DNA of 32,000 bases from positions 1,691,851 through 1,723,850 of the forward strand of contig OY760908.2 in NCBI GenBank assembly GCA_963664125.2, in the 5' to 3' direction. The position numbers were made by a program, and so were the translations under genes. This document shows, one piece after another, positions 1 through 8,391 of the stretch. The DNA comes from Dehalococcoidia bacterium. GTDB taxonomy: Bacteria > Chloroflexota > Dehalococcoidia > Lucifugimonadales > UBA2962. Every line of letters starts with the position of its first letter. Position 1 is the stretch's first letter. A model generated the notes under the pieces. That model was not told the origin of the DNA, searched no databases, and was given only the letters and a program-made list of their open reading frames with translations.

Positions 1-393
1 GGAGACTACCTGGCCGTGCTGGCGTTCCTGCCGCGCACGGCCCCCATCGAAGCGGCCATCTCCCGCCTCAGGGCGGCCGTGATGGGGCGGCGCAAGATCG
101 CGACGACGCTTGGGTACGGTCCGGGGTACATTCACTCGACGGGCCAGCTCCACAAGGGAGGCCCCGAAAGCGGTATATTCGCCGTGCTGACCGCCCCGCA
201 CGGCGGCGACGTTCCGGTGCCGGGCGGCGCGCTCACGATGGGGCAGATGAGCGACGCCGACGCGCTGGGCGACCTTGCGGCGCTGCGCGAGCTGGGACGG
301 CGCGCCGTGCACGTCGGGCTGGGCGGCGATCCGGCGGCGTCCATCGAATCGCTGGCCGAGGCGCTTGAGAGCGGGCCAGGGGGGAAGGAGTGA
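1..393 (+). CDS. C-terminal end of a glucose-6-phosphate isomerase-like protein (the PGI type often fused to transaldolase); 5' part lies outside the window
   Basis: Frame 1 is open from base 1 to TGA 391-393. The block LGYGPGYIHSTGQLHKGGP resembles the conserved GYGPRFLHSTGQLHKGG block near the C-terminus of this PGI type. Recognised from memory only. Confidence 0.5.
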   Translation, partial: GDYLAVLAFLPRTAPIEAAISRLRAAVMGRRKIATTLGYGPGYIHSTGQLHKGGPESGIFAVLTAPHGGDVPVPGGALTMGQMSDADALGDLAALRELGRRAVHVGLGGDPAASIESLAEALESGPGGKE

Positions 394-394
394 G

Positions 395-2326
395 ATGATG
401 CGGCAGAGCACGGCGAACCCGGGGGCGCACAGGCCGGAGGGGGTGAAGGTCCTCTACGACGTGGGGATCCCGATGGCGGACGGGGTGAGGCTGTCCGCGG
501 ACGTCTATCTCCCCACCCCGTCCGACGGGCCCTTCCCTGCCATCCTGTACCGAACGCCGTACAACGGGCAGATGGAGTACGTGGTCGAGCGGGCCACCTA
601 CTTTGCGCAGAACGGCTACGCCGTCGTCTGCCAGGACGTGAGGGGCCGCTACGACTCCCAGGGGGAGTTCCGGCGCTGGGTCAACGAGTTCGGCGACGGC
701 CAGGCCACCGTCGAGTGGGTCGGCACCCGGCCGTGGTGCGACGGCAGCGTCGGCATGACCGGGCCCTCGTACCTGGGGTACGTGCAGTGGCAGGCGGCCT
801 CGATGGGCGGCGAGCACCTCAAGTGCATCATCCCCCAGGTGATGGGGGGCGACCTGCACGAGTCGCCCCACTACCAGGGAGGGGCGTTCCAGCTCGGCGT
901 GAACGCGACGTGGTCGTTTAGGACCGACGGGCGGACGATGCAGGGGATCGACGACTACGACTGGGAGGTCCTGATGCGCACGCTGCCCTTAAGGGACCTG
1001 CCCGCCGCCGCCGGCAGGGACGTGCCGGACTTCGTGGACTGGGTGGACAACCCTGACTTCGGCCAGTACTGGCTGGACCGGAACGTGCTGCACCGCCTGG
1101 ACCGCGTGAGGGTCCCCGTCCTGCAGGTCGGCGGCTGGTACGACCTGTACCCGGCCGGGACGCTCAACCTGTTCAACGGGATGCGCGAGCACGGAGGCTC
1201 GCCCGAGGCGCGCGCCAACCAGCGGGCCATCATCGGTCCCTGGATACACTCGGCCAGCACGATGACCGTCGCCGGGGACATCGACTTCGGCACTGAGTCG
1301 ATGCTGGACCTGCGGGAGATCGAGCTCGCCTGGTTCGACCGGTGGCTCAAGGGGATCGACAACGGGGCGGACCGGCAGGCGCCCCTGCGGATCTTCGTGA
1401 TGGGGGCGAACCGCTGGCGCGACGAGCACGAGTGGCCGCTCGCCAGGACACGCTTCACGCCGTTCTACCTGCACAGCGCGGGCTCCGCCAACTCGGCCGC
1501 CGGCAACGGCGTGCTGGCGACCGCCCCCCCGGCCAGCGACGAGATCCTGCCGACGCCCCTGCCCAGGGCGCGATCGGACTCCTACGCCTACGACCCGACG
1601 TTCCCCGTTCCGACCCGGGGCGGGGGCAACTGCTGCGACCCGCACCTGGTGCCGTGGGGCGCCTACGACCAGCGGGAGGTCGAGGCAAGGGCGGACGTGC
1701 TTGTGTACACGACCGAGCCGCTCACCGAGGACCTTGAGGTGACCGGCCCGGTCGAGCTGAAGCTGTTCGCATCGACCGACAGGACCGACACCGACTTCAC
1801 CGCAAAGCTGGTGGACGTGCACCCGGACGGGCGCGCGATCAACCTGACCGACGGCATCCTCAGGGGCCGCTACCGCAACGGAACGGAGCGCCAGGAGCCC
1901 ATGGTCCCCGGCGAGGTCTACGAGCTTACGGTGGACATGTGGGTCACCAGCAACGTGTTCCGCGCCGGTCACCGCATCAGGCTGGACGTCTCCAGCAGCA
2001 ACTTCCCGCGCTTCGACCGCAACCCGAACACCGGCAATCCGTTCGGCCGGGACGCCGAGATGCTGACCGCCCGGCAGACGGTCCACCACGACGCCGCCCG
2101 CCCCTCGCCTCCCGGTGATACCGGCGGGCGGCTAGGGGGCGTAGATCTCCGGCTGGTTGCTCAGCTCGCGGCGGTCCCCGTCCTGGGCCTGGCCGCCGAT
2201 CAGCATGATCCGGCCGCCTGGCCGCCGATCAGCATGATCCGGCCGTCGGTCATCGTGGCCGTGTGCTGGTGGCGGCCCTGCAGCATCGTCGGTCCGTCCG
2301 ACCACGAGCCGGTCTCCGGGTCGTAG
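395..2326 (+). CDS. CocE/NonD family hydrolase (S15 X-Pro dipeptidyl-peptidase-like alpha/beta hydrolase); 3' end appears frame-disturbed
   Basis: ATG 395 lies 4 nt after GGGGAAGGAG (381-390). Nucleophile elbow GPSYLG, then GGWYD, then C-terminal beta-domain motifs (RIRLDVSSSNFPRFDRNPNTG). The literal ORF runs to 2326, antisense into the Kelch gene. A family-like terminus LPVIPAGG-stop sits in the next frame and ends at TAG 2133-2135. Confidence 0.85.
   Translation: MMRQSTANPGAHRPEGVKVLYDVGIPMADGVRLSADVYLPTPSDGPFPAILYRTPYNGQMEYVVERATYFAQNGYAVVCQDVRGRYDSQGEFRRWVNEFGDGQATVEWVGTRPWCDGSVGMTGPSYLGYVQWQAASMGGEHLKCIIPQVMGGDLHESPHYQGGAFQLGVNATWSFRTDGRTMQGIDDYDWEVLMRTLPLRDLPAAAGRDVPDFVDWVDNPDFGQYWLDRNVLHRLDRVRVPVLQVGGWYDLYPAGTLNLFNGMREHGGSPEARANQRAIIGPWIHSASTMTVAGDIDFGTESMLDLREIELAWFDRWLKGIDNGADRQAPLRIFVMGANRWRDEHEWPLARTRFTPFYLHSAGSANSAAGNGVLATAPPASDEILPTPLPRARSDSYAYDPTFPVPTRGGGNCCDPHLVPWGAYDQREVEARADVLVYTTEPLTEDLEVTGPVELKLFASTDRTDTDFTAKLVDVHPDGRAINLTDGILRGRYRNGTERQEPMVPGEVYELTVDMWVTSNVFRAGHRIRLDVSSSNFPRFDRNPNTGNPFGRDAEMLTARQTVHHDAARPSPPGDTGGRLGGVDLRLVAQLAAVPVLGLAADQHDPAAWPPISMIRPSVIVAVCWWRPCSIVGPSDHEPVSGS
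2187..2244. repeat. Perfect 29-bp tandem duplication (gcctggccgccgatcagcatgatccggcc x2) inside the 3' end of Kelch copy 1
   Basis: Copy A at 2187-2215 and copy B at 2216-2244 are identical. The homologous site in Kelch copy 2 (around 3569-3597) has a single copy. 29 is not a multiple of 3, so the reading frame shifts. Confidence 0.9.
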
Positions 2327-3357
2327 ATCTCGGACAGCGCTATCGAGCTCACCCCGCCGGTGATCAGGACACGCCCGTCGGGCAGCAGGCTGGCCGTGTG
2401 GTCCATGCGGCCCTCGGTGAGCGTTCCCGCCGGGCTCCAGGCGTCGGCGTCCGGGTCGTAGACCTCGGCGGTGGCCAGGCGCCCACGACCGCCAACGACC
2501 AGCACGGTTCCGTCCCCGAGCAGCGTCGCGGTGTGCGAGGCGCGCTCTGCGCCCATCGGCGCCGCCGCCGACCACTCGCCGGTGGCCGGGTCCCAGATCT
2601 CGGCGCTGGAAATGTACGGGCCCTCGTCCTTGCCGCCCCCGGCGGCCAGAACGCGCCCGTCGGGCAACTCGGTAAGCGTGAAGCGCGCGCGGCCCTCGGC
2701 CATGTCGCCCGTGGCCTCGATCTCACCCGTCGCAGGGTCGAAGATGTCGACCTCCTCCTGGAAGCCGATGTCGCTGCCCGAGGCGATCATCACCCGTCCG
2801 TCCGACAGCAGCAGGCAAGAGTGCTTCCACCTGCCCTTCTTCATCTTCGGCCCCTTGGACCACTCCCCCGTCGCCAGATCGAGTATCTCGGTCGTCTTGA
2901 GCGCCTCGCGGCGCTCGTCGGCGCCCCCGAAGATCATCGCCCGCCCGTCGGACAGAGCGACGCCGCACAGGAGCTCGCGCTTGGCGGACATCTCCCCCAC
3001 GGGGGTCCACTCGCCCGTGGCCGGGTCGTAGACCTCGGCCCGCTCGAGCCTGGGCGGCCGTATGGTCGCCCCGCGACCGCGGCCGCCGACCGCCAACACC
3101 CTGCCGTCGCCGAGCAGCACGGCCACGTGGTCCATCCGGGCGTCGGTCATGCGCCCGGCCTCCTCGAACGTACCGACCGACGCCGCGGGGGCCTCGGCCG
3201 CAGGGGCCTCCTCGCCGGCCTGTGCGGAGTCCGCCGGCTCGCCGGATGCCGCGGCCTCGTCGGACGATGCGGGCTGGGCGGCGGGCTGATCCCCCGAGCA
3301 GGCGGCCGCAAGAGCGGCCAGGGCAAGGATGGCGGCGACGATCCAAGGGAGCCCCAT
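2200..3357 (-). CDS. Kelch-repeat (beta-propeller) putative lipoprotein, copy 1; C-terminus truncated by the 29-bp duplication (the original end would be 2132)
   Basis: ATG 3357 is preceded by GGAGGTCAGC. Signal peptide MGLPWIVAAILALAALAAAC-SGDQ, then an acidic Ala/Pro/Glu linker, then about seven repeats of the DGRVLxxGG...EVYDPxTGEW type. ORF 2132-2575 in another frame carries the displaced tail GRIMLIGGQAQDGDRRELSNQPEIYAP-stop. Confidence 0.85.
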   Translation of the reverse strand: MGLPWIVAAILALAALAAACSGDQPAAQPASSDEAAASGEPADSAQAGEEAPAAEAPAASVGTFEEAGRMTDARMDHVAVLLGDGRVLAVGGRGRGATIRPPRLERAEVYDPATGEWTPVGEMSAKRELLCGVALSDGRAMIFGGADERREALKTTEILDLATGEWSKGPKMKKGRWKHSCLLLSDGRVMIASGSDIGFQEEVDIFDPATGEIEATGDMAEGRARFTLTELPDGRVLAAGGGKDEGPYISSAEIWDPATGEWSAAAPMGAERASHTATLLGDGTVLVVGGRGRLATAEVYDPDADAWSPAGTLTEGRMDHTASLLPDGRVLITGGVSSIALSEIYDPETGSWSDGPTMLQGRHQHTATMTDGRIMLIGGQAAGSC

Positions 3358-3376
3358 GCTGACCTCCGCCTCGCCC

Positions 3377-3500
3377 TCAGTGAGCTTCCACCCCGGCCCC
3401 GCCGCACCGCCACCGCCGGGCGAGCGCCGCTTAGGTTACAAGATCGGCGCAGCACCCGCCAACGAACATCGCCCCGCGCGGAGTCCCCTCGAGCTCGAAC
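3377..3500 (-). pseudogene. 3' remnant (about 41 codons) of the GNAT acetyltransferase gene, copied with the tandem duplication
   Basis: The reverse strand reads FELEGTPRGAMFVGGCCADLVT-stop. This is homologous to the intact GNAT C-terminus GFELEGTSREAMFVRGRCLDVVTY... at 4741-4865. There is no upstream coding continuation. Confidence 0.7.
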
Positions 3501-3515
3501 GATCCCGGCGGGAGG

Positions 3516-4721
3516 CTAGGGGGAGTAGATCTCCGGCAGGTTGGTCAACTGGCGTCGGTCGCCGTCCTGCGCCTGGCCGCCGATCAGCATGATCCGCCCG
3601 TCGGCCATGGTCGTGGCCGTGTGCTGGTGGCGGCCCTGGAGCATCGTCGGACCGTCCGACCAGGCGCCGGTCTCCGGGTCGTAGATCTCAGACAGCGCTA
3701 TCGAGCTCACGCCGCCGGCGATCAGGACCCGCCCGTCGGCAAGCAGGCTGGCCGTATGGTCCATGCGGCCCTCGGTGAGCGTGCCCGCGGGGCTCCAGGC
3801 GTCGGCGTCCGGGTCGTAGACCTCGGCGGTCGCCAACCGCCCGCGCCCGCCCACTACGAGAACCGTGCCGTCCCCGAGCAGCGTCGCGGTGTGCGAGGCG
3901 CGCTCTGCGCCCATCGGCGCCGCCGCCGACCACTCGCCGGTGGCCGGGTCCCAGATCTCGGCGCTGGAAATGTACGGGCCCTCGTCCTTGCCGCCCCCGG
4001 CGGCCAGAACGCGCCCGTCGGGCAGCTCGGTAAGCGTGAAGCGCGCGCGGCCCTCGGCCATGTCGCCGGTGGCCTCGATCTCGCCCGTGGCAGGGTCGAA
4101 GATGTCGACCTCCTCCTGGAAGCCGATATCGCTGCCCGAGGCGATCATCACCCGTCCGTCCGACAGCAGCAGGCAAGAGTGCTTCCACCTGCCCTTCGTC
4201 ATCTTCGGCCCCTTGGACCACTCTCCAGTCGCGAGGTCGAGTATCTCGGTGGTCTTGAGCGCCTCGCGGCTCTCGTCGGCGCCCCCGAAGATCATTGCCC
4301 GTCCGTCAGAGAGCGCGACGCCGCACAGGAGCTCGCGCTTGGCGGACATCTCCCCCACGGGGGTCCACTCGCCCGTGGCCGGGTCGTAGACCTCGGCCCG
4401 CTCAAGCCTGGGCACCCTACCCGACCCGCGGCCGCGGCCGCCGGCCGCCAGCACCCTGCCGTCGCCGAGCAGCACGGCGGCGTGGTCCATGCGGGCGTCG
4501 GTCATGCGCCCGGCCTCCGCGAACGAGCCTGCGGGCGCCGCGGGGGCTGCGGGGACCTCGGCCGGCGTGGACTCCACCTGGGCCTGCCCTGAATCCGCCT
4601 GCTCGCCGGACACCGTGGCCTCGCCTGACGATGCCGGCTGGGCGGCGGGCTGATCGCCCGAGCAGGCGGCCGCCAGAGCGGCCAGTCCAAGGATGGCGGC
4701 GACGAGCAAGGGGTGCCTCAA
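3516..4721 (-). CDS. Kelch-repeat (beta-propeller) putative lipoprotein, copy 2 (intact)
   Basis: TTG 4719-4721 is at the position homologous to the ATG of copy 1 and is preceded by the same GGAGGTCAGC. The longest ORF extends to ATG 4796, which has no RBS. Signal peptide RHPLLVAAILGLAALAAAC, about seven Kelch-like repeats, intact tail ...GGQAQDGDRRQLTNLPEIYSP-stop. Confidence 0.85.
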   Translation of the reverse strand: MRHPLLVAAILGLAALAAACSGDQPAAQPASSGEATVSGEQADSGQAQVESTPAEVPAAPAAPAGSFAEAGRMTDARMDHAAVLLGDGRVLAAGGRGRGSGRVPRLERAEVYDPATGEWTPVGEMSAKRELLCGVALSDGRAMIFGGADESREALKTTEILDLATGEWSKGPKMTKGRWKHSCLLLSDGRVMIASGSDIGFQEEVDIFDPATGEIEATGDMAEGRARFTLTELPDGRVLAAGGGKDEGPYISSAEIWDPATGEWSAAAPMGAERASHTATLLGDGTVLVVGGRGRLATAEVYDPDADAWSPAGTLTEGRMDHTASLLADGRVLIAGGVSSIALSEIYDPETGAWSDGPTMLQGRHQHTATTMADGRIMLIGGQAQDGDRRQLTNLPEIYSP

Positions 4722-4740
4722 GCTGACCTCCGTCCCGCCC

Positions 4741-5337
4741 TCAGCGAGCTTCCGCCCCGGCCCCGCCGCACCTCCACCGCCGGGCGAGTGCGGCATAGGT
4801 TACAACGTCGAGGCATCGCCCGCGCACGAACATCGCCTCTCGCGAGGTGCCCTCCAGCTCGAACCCCAGGCGCTCGGCCACGGCCCGGCTCGGCAGGTTG
4901 TCGGCGGCGCAGACAAGGTCCACGCGGTTGAGCCCCAGCTCCCCGATCGCGTGGCGCGCCAGGGCGCGAGCGCTCTCGGTCATGATCCCCCTGCCCCGGG
5001 CGCCCTCGGCGAGCCAGTAGCCCAGCCACGCGCGCCGGTTGGCCCAGTCCACCGGCCCCAGGCCGACCATGCCGACCAGCGTTCCGCCCTCCCGGATGCA
5101 CATCTGCACCGACGCCCCCGCGCCATGGTCGGCGGCGGAGACGCGGATGAAGTCCCGCGTGTCCGATAGCGACCGCGTACCGTCGACCCAGGGCAGCCAG
5201 CGCCCGAGCGAGCCGCGGCTGGCGTCGACCGCGGCGAAGAGCTCGGGCGCGTCGGGCAGGCGGACCGCCCGAAGCTCGACCCGGTCGGAGACGGCGAGCC
5301 GCCTGAGGCGGGACATCGAGGCCGCGGAGGCGTGCAT
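4741..5337 (-). CDS. GNAT family N-acetyltransferase (RimJ/RimL-like)
   Basis: The ORF extends to 5658, but similarity starts at MHASAASMSRLRRLAVSDRVELRAV. GNAT motif A-like GARGRGIMTESARAL and C-terminal NLPSRAVAERLGFELEG are present. ATG 5337 is chosen as the first Met before the conserved core; ATG 5316 is an alternative. Confidence 0.8.
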   Translation of the reverse strand: MHASAASMSRLRRLAVSDRVELRAVRLPDAPELFAAVDASRGSLGRWLPWVDGTRSLSDTRDFIRVSAADHGAGASVQMCIREGGTLVGMVGLGPVDWANRRAWLGYWLAEGARGRGIMTESARALARHAIGELGLNRVDLVCAADNLPSRAVAERLGFELEGTSREAMFVRGRCLDVVTYAALARRWRCGGAGAEAR

Positions 5338-5344
5338 GAGTTGG

Positions 5345-5351
5345 TAGGATA
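5345..5351. promoter_or_regulatory. Overlapping divergent -10-like boxes: TATCCT (minus, 5346-5351) 8 nt upstream of the GNAT ATG, and TAGGAT (plus, 5345-5350) 37 nt upstream of the epimerase GTG
   Basis: Both fit TAnnnT in the 50-bp divergent intergenic region 5338-5387. Confidence 0.35.
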
Positions 5352-5387
5352 CGCGCCCTGCCCGCGGTCCGGGCGCGGGAGCGAGGT

Positions 5388-6299
5388 GTGCCGTTGACAG
5401 AGGGTTTGCACGTGGTCCTCGGCGCCGGCGGCGTCGGGCACGCGCTGGCGGAGGAGCTCGTTGGCCGGGGCCGGCAGGTGAGGACCGTGACCCGCGGACC
5501 CCTCCGCGACCCGCCCGGGTCCGTGCAGCTGATCGCCGCGGACGTCTCGACCGACGACGGCGCGCGGGAGGCCTGCCGCGGCGCCTCCGTCGTGTACAAC
5601 TGCGTGTTTCCCCCGACCAGCCACGCCGTCTCAGCGGCGTGCGCCGAGCGGGGCGCAAAGCTGGTCCTGGCCGACAGCCTGGCGATGTACCACTGCGCGT
5701 CGGGCCCGATGTCCGAGCGGACGCGCTACGAGTTCGCCGACCGCGAGTCGGGCCGCATCCGGGCCCAGATGGAGGAGCGGCTCATGGCCGCGTGCCGCAG
5801 GGGCGACCTGCGGGCCGCGATCGGCAGGGCCTCGGACGTGTACGGGCCCAGGGCCACGGTCTCGGCGATGGGCTCCGGGGTATTCGTGCCGGCGCTGGAC
5901 GGGCGCGCGGCTAGCGTGCTGGGCGACCCCGACATGCCCCACACCTACACCTTCAGCCGCGACTTCGCCCGCGCCCTCGCCACGCTGGGCGAGAGGGACG
6001 AGGCGGACGGCGGGGTGTGGCACGTCCCCAGCGCCGAGACGGTCACGACGAGGCGGCTGCTGGAGATCATCTACGAACAGGCCGGTCACCCGCTGCGGTT
6101 TCGCTCGCTGGGCCCACTCAGGCTCGGGGCGATCGGGCTGCTGCGCCGCGAGGTCAGGCGGGCGCGCCGCGAGAAGCTCTACCAGTTCCTCTCGCCGTTC
6201 GTCTCCGACCACTCCAGGTACGAGGCCGCCTTCGGCGCGGCCACCACGCCCCACGAGGAGGCCGTTGCGCAGACGCTGCGGTGGTTCGCCGAGTACTGA
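5388..6299 (+). CDS. NAD-dependent epimerase/dehydratase family protein (extended SDR)
   Basis: GTG start after GGGAGCGAGG. N-terminal Rossmann motif VVLGAGGVGHALAEELVGRG. Length 303 aa. Confidence 0.75.
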   Translation: MPLTEGLHVVLGAGGVGHALAEELVGRGRQVRTVTRGPLRDPPGSVQLIAADVSTDDGAREACRGASVVYNCVFPPTSHAVSAACAERGAKLVLADSLAMYHCASGPMSERTRYEFADRESGRIRAQMEERLMAACRRGDLRAAIGRASDVYGPRATVSAMGSGVFVPALDGRAASVLGDPDMPHTYTFSRDFARALATLGERDEADGGVWHVPSAETVTTRRLLEIIYEQAGHPLRFRSLGPLRLGAIGLLRREVRRARREKLYQFLSPFVSDHSRYEAAFGAATTPHEEAVAQTLRWFAEY

Positions 6300-6344
6300 C
6301 CGGGTAAGGTAGGCGGCGGGCGGGCCCTCCGAGGAGAACGGAAC

Positions 6345-7313
6345 ATGCAGTACGCTTTCGGCGCCCTCGCTCAGGGGGCGTTCGCGAACCCCGAGAACCT
6401 GTCGCTGCTGGCCAGGACCGGCGAGCGGCTGGGGTTCGAGGTGATGTGGGTCAACGACCACGTGGTTATGCCCCGGTCGATCGGCTCGCGCTACCCGTAC
6501 ACGGACACGGGGCAGTTCAACGAGTTCGGGGAGGTCGGCGACTACCTCGAGCAGCTAACCGTGCTCAGCTACCTGGCCTCCCGGACCGAGCGCGTGCGGC
6601 TGCTCACCTCGGTCATGGTGGTGCCCTACCGCGAGCCGGTCCTCACCGCCAAGATCCTCGCCACCGCCGACGTGCTGTCCGGCGGCCGGGTGATAGTGGG
6701 CTGCGGGGCGGGCTGGATGCGCGAGGAGTTCGAGGCGCTGGGAAGCCCCCCCTTCGACGAGCGCGGCTCGGTGACCGAGGAGTACATTCGCATCTTCAAG
6801 GACCTGTGGACCGAGGAGAGTCCCTCCCACGACGGCGCCTACGCCTCCTACTCGGACATAGCCTTCGAGCCCAAGCCCGTCCAGCGCCCGCACCCGCCCA
6901 TCTGGATCGGGGGCGAGAGCCCCCCCGCCCTGCGCCGCACGGCCAGGGTCGGCGACGCCTGGTTCCCGATAATCGACAACCCGCGCAACCGCCTCGACAC
7001 CCCGGAGCGCTTCGCGCGGGGCGTGGAGCGCATGAGGAGCGTGGCGCGGGCCGAGGGGCGCGACCCGGACGAGATCGGCCTGGCGTTCGCGATCAACATC
7101 TACGACGACACCGCCGAGCGCGAGGGCAACTACGGGGAGCGCCGGGTATTCACCGGCAGCCCGGAGCAGATAGCCTCCGACATCCGCGCCTACGCGCGGT
7201 GCGGGGTGGACTGCGTGATGTTCGGATTCACCGTCGACCGCTCGTCCCCCAACCCCACGCTCGAGCAGATGCAGCGCTTCGCGGAGGACGTGCGCCCGCT
7301 GGTGGATGCATAG
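6345..7313 (+). CDS. LLM-class flavin/F420-dependent oxidoreductase (paralog 1)
   Basis: ATG follows GAGGAGAACGGAAC. Luciferase-like motifs LLTSVMVVPYR, DVLSGGRVIVGCGAGWMREEFEALG and RPHPPIWIGGES are present. By eye it appears roughly half identical to the 8392-9354 product. Confidence 0.85.
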   Translation: MQYAFGALAQGAFANPENLSLLARTGERLGFEVMWVNDHVVMPRSIGSRYPYTDTGQFNEFGEVGDYLEQLTVLSYLASRTERVRLLTSVMVVPYREPVLTAKILATADVLSGGRVIVGCGAGWMREEFEALGSPPFDERGSVTEEYIRIFKDLWTEESPSHDGAYASYSDIAFEPKPVQRPHPPIWIGGESPPALRRTARVGDAWFPIIDNPRNRLDTPERFARGVERMRSVARAEGRDPDEIGLAFAINIYDDTAEREGNYGERRVFTGSPEQIASDIRAYARCGVDCVMFGFTVDRSSPNPTLEQMQRFAEDVRPLVDA

Positions 7314-7325
7314 GAGGATCGATCC

Positions 7326-8375
7326 ATGAGGCACCGCAGTTTCGGCTCATCTGACCTCAGCGTCTCGGCGCTGGGCTTCGGGGGGTGGCCGATGGGGGGC
7401 ACCCAGTACGGGACCACCGACGACGCCGAGGTCGTCAGGGCGGTCGAGCGGGCCGCCGGCGCCGGCATCACCTGCTTCGACAACGCCGCGGGGTACGGTC
7501 TCGGGCGCTCGGAGGAGCTCATGGGCAGGGCGCTCGCCCCCCACCGCTCGGAGGTCGTGATCGTCACCAAGTGCGGCCTGAGCTGGGACCCGGCACAGAA
7601 GCGCCTGTACCGCGACGGGAGCCGCGGGGCGGTCGTCGAGGGCTGCGAGGGGAGCCTGCGCCGGCTGGGCACCGACTACATCGACCTGATGCTCGTGCAC
7701 TGGCCCGACCCGGAGACGCCCTTCGAGGAGACGATGGGCGCGCTCTCGGAGCTGCGCGAGCAGGGCAAGATCCGCTACGCGGGCGTCTCGAACTTCATGC
7801 CCGCGATGATGGACGAGTGCCTTCGGTACCTGGACATAGTCGCCGACCAGGCCGGCTACTCGATCTTCGAGCGCCGCATCGAGCGCGACGTGCTCGGGTT
7901 CTGCGAGGGCCGCGGGATCGGTGTGATGGCCTACGGCGCGCTAGCGCACGGGCTGCTCACCGGGGCGCTCACCGAGGAGACCGAGTTCGAGGACTGGGAC
8001 TGGCGCGCAACGCAGAACGCCTTCGGGATGCCGCTGTTTCGCTCCGGCTACTTCGAGGAGAACGTCCGGACCGCCCGGAGGCTGCAGCGGATAGCGGACG
8101 ACGCGGGGATGACGCTGCCGGACCTTGCGGTCGCGTGGGTCCTGAGCCGCCCGGCGGTGACCACCGCGCTGGTGGGCTTTCGCACGCCGGCCGAGGTCGA
8201 GGCGGCCGCGCTGGCCGCCGACAGGGACCTGCCGGCCGACGCGCTCGCCGAGGTGGAGGCGATCTCGGACGAGGCGTATGCGCGCAACGTCGCCGGCGAG
8301 GAGCTCGCGCCGAAGGTCGGCACCTGGAACCCGTGGGATCCCTCCCCCAGGAGGTTCGGGACGACGAGCAGATAG
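7326..8375 (+). CDS. Aldo/keto reductase
   Basis: AGGAGG lies 8 nt upstream of the ATG. N-terminus SDLSVSALGFGGWPMGG, then DNAAGYGLGRSEELMG and IDLMLVHWPD, which are typical AKR blocks. Confidence 0.9.
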   Translation: MRHRSFGSSDLSVSALGFGGWPMGGTQYGTTDDAEVVRAVERAAGAGITCFDNAAGYGLGRSEELMGRALAPHRSEVVIVTKCGLSWDPAQKRLYRDGSRGAVVEGCEGSLRRLGTDYIDLMLVHWPDPETPFEETMGALSELREQGKIRYAGVSNFMPAMMDECLRYLDIVADQAGYSIFERRIERDVLGFCEGRGIGVMAYGALAHGLLTGALTEETEFEDWDWRATQNAFGMPLFRSGYFEENVRTARRLQRIADDAGMTLPDLAVAWVLSRPAVTTALVGFRTPAEVEAAALAADRDLPADALAEVEAISDEAYARNVAGEELAPKVGTWNPWDPSPRRFGTTSR

Positions 8376-8391
8376 GGCCCCCCCTCGACGG

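Larger units (their letters stand above)
2117..4865. repeat. Tandem duplication of two roughly 1.35-1.38 kb units (about 2117-3500 and 3501-4865), each carrying a Kelch-repeat lipoprotein gene
   Basis: By eye, the two units align end to end. gat(a/c)ccggcggg(c/a)ggctaggggg occurs at 2117 and 3501. The upstream leaders are homologous (3358-3500 vs 4722-4865). The longest exact run I traced is 2510-2666 = 3868-4024. Confidence 0.85.

Noticed and set aside
989-2089. 366-aa minus-strand ORF, and other long ORFs overlapping the CocE/NonD gene (for example 233-871 -, 955-1458 -)
   Set aside because: These are shadow ORFs typical of stop-poor 70% GC DNA. Their products are Arg/Pro/Gly/Ala-rich with no motifs, and the opposite strand encodes a clearly recognisable hydrolase.
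2300-4450. Periodic repeats of about 140-150 nt (gggtcgtagacctcggc-like motifs) that could superficially suggest a repeat array or CRISPR
   Set aside because: The periodicity is the in-frame Kelch blade repeat (EVYDP / EIWDP / DIFDP...TGEW). The repeats are degenerate, coding, and lack spacer-like unique segments of uniform size.
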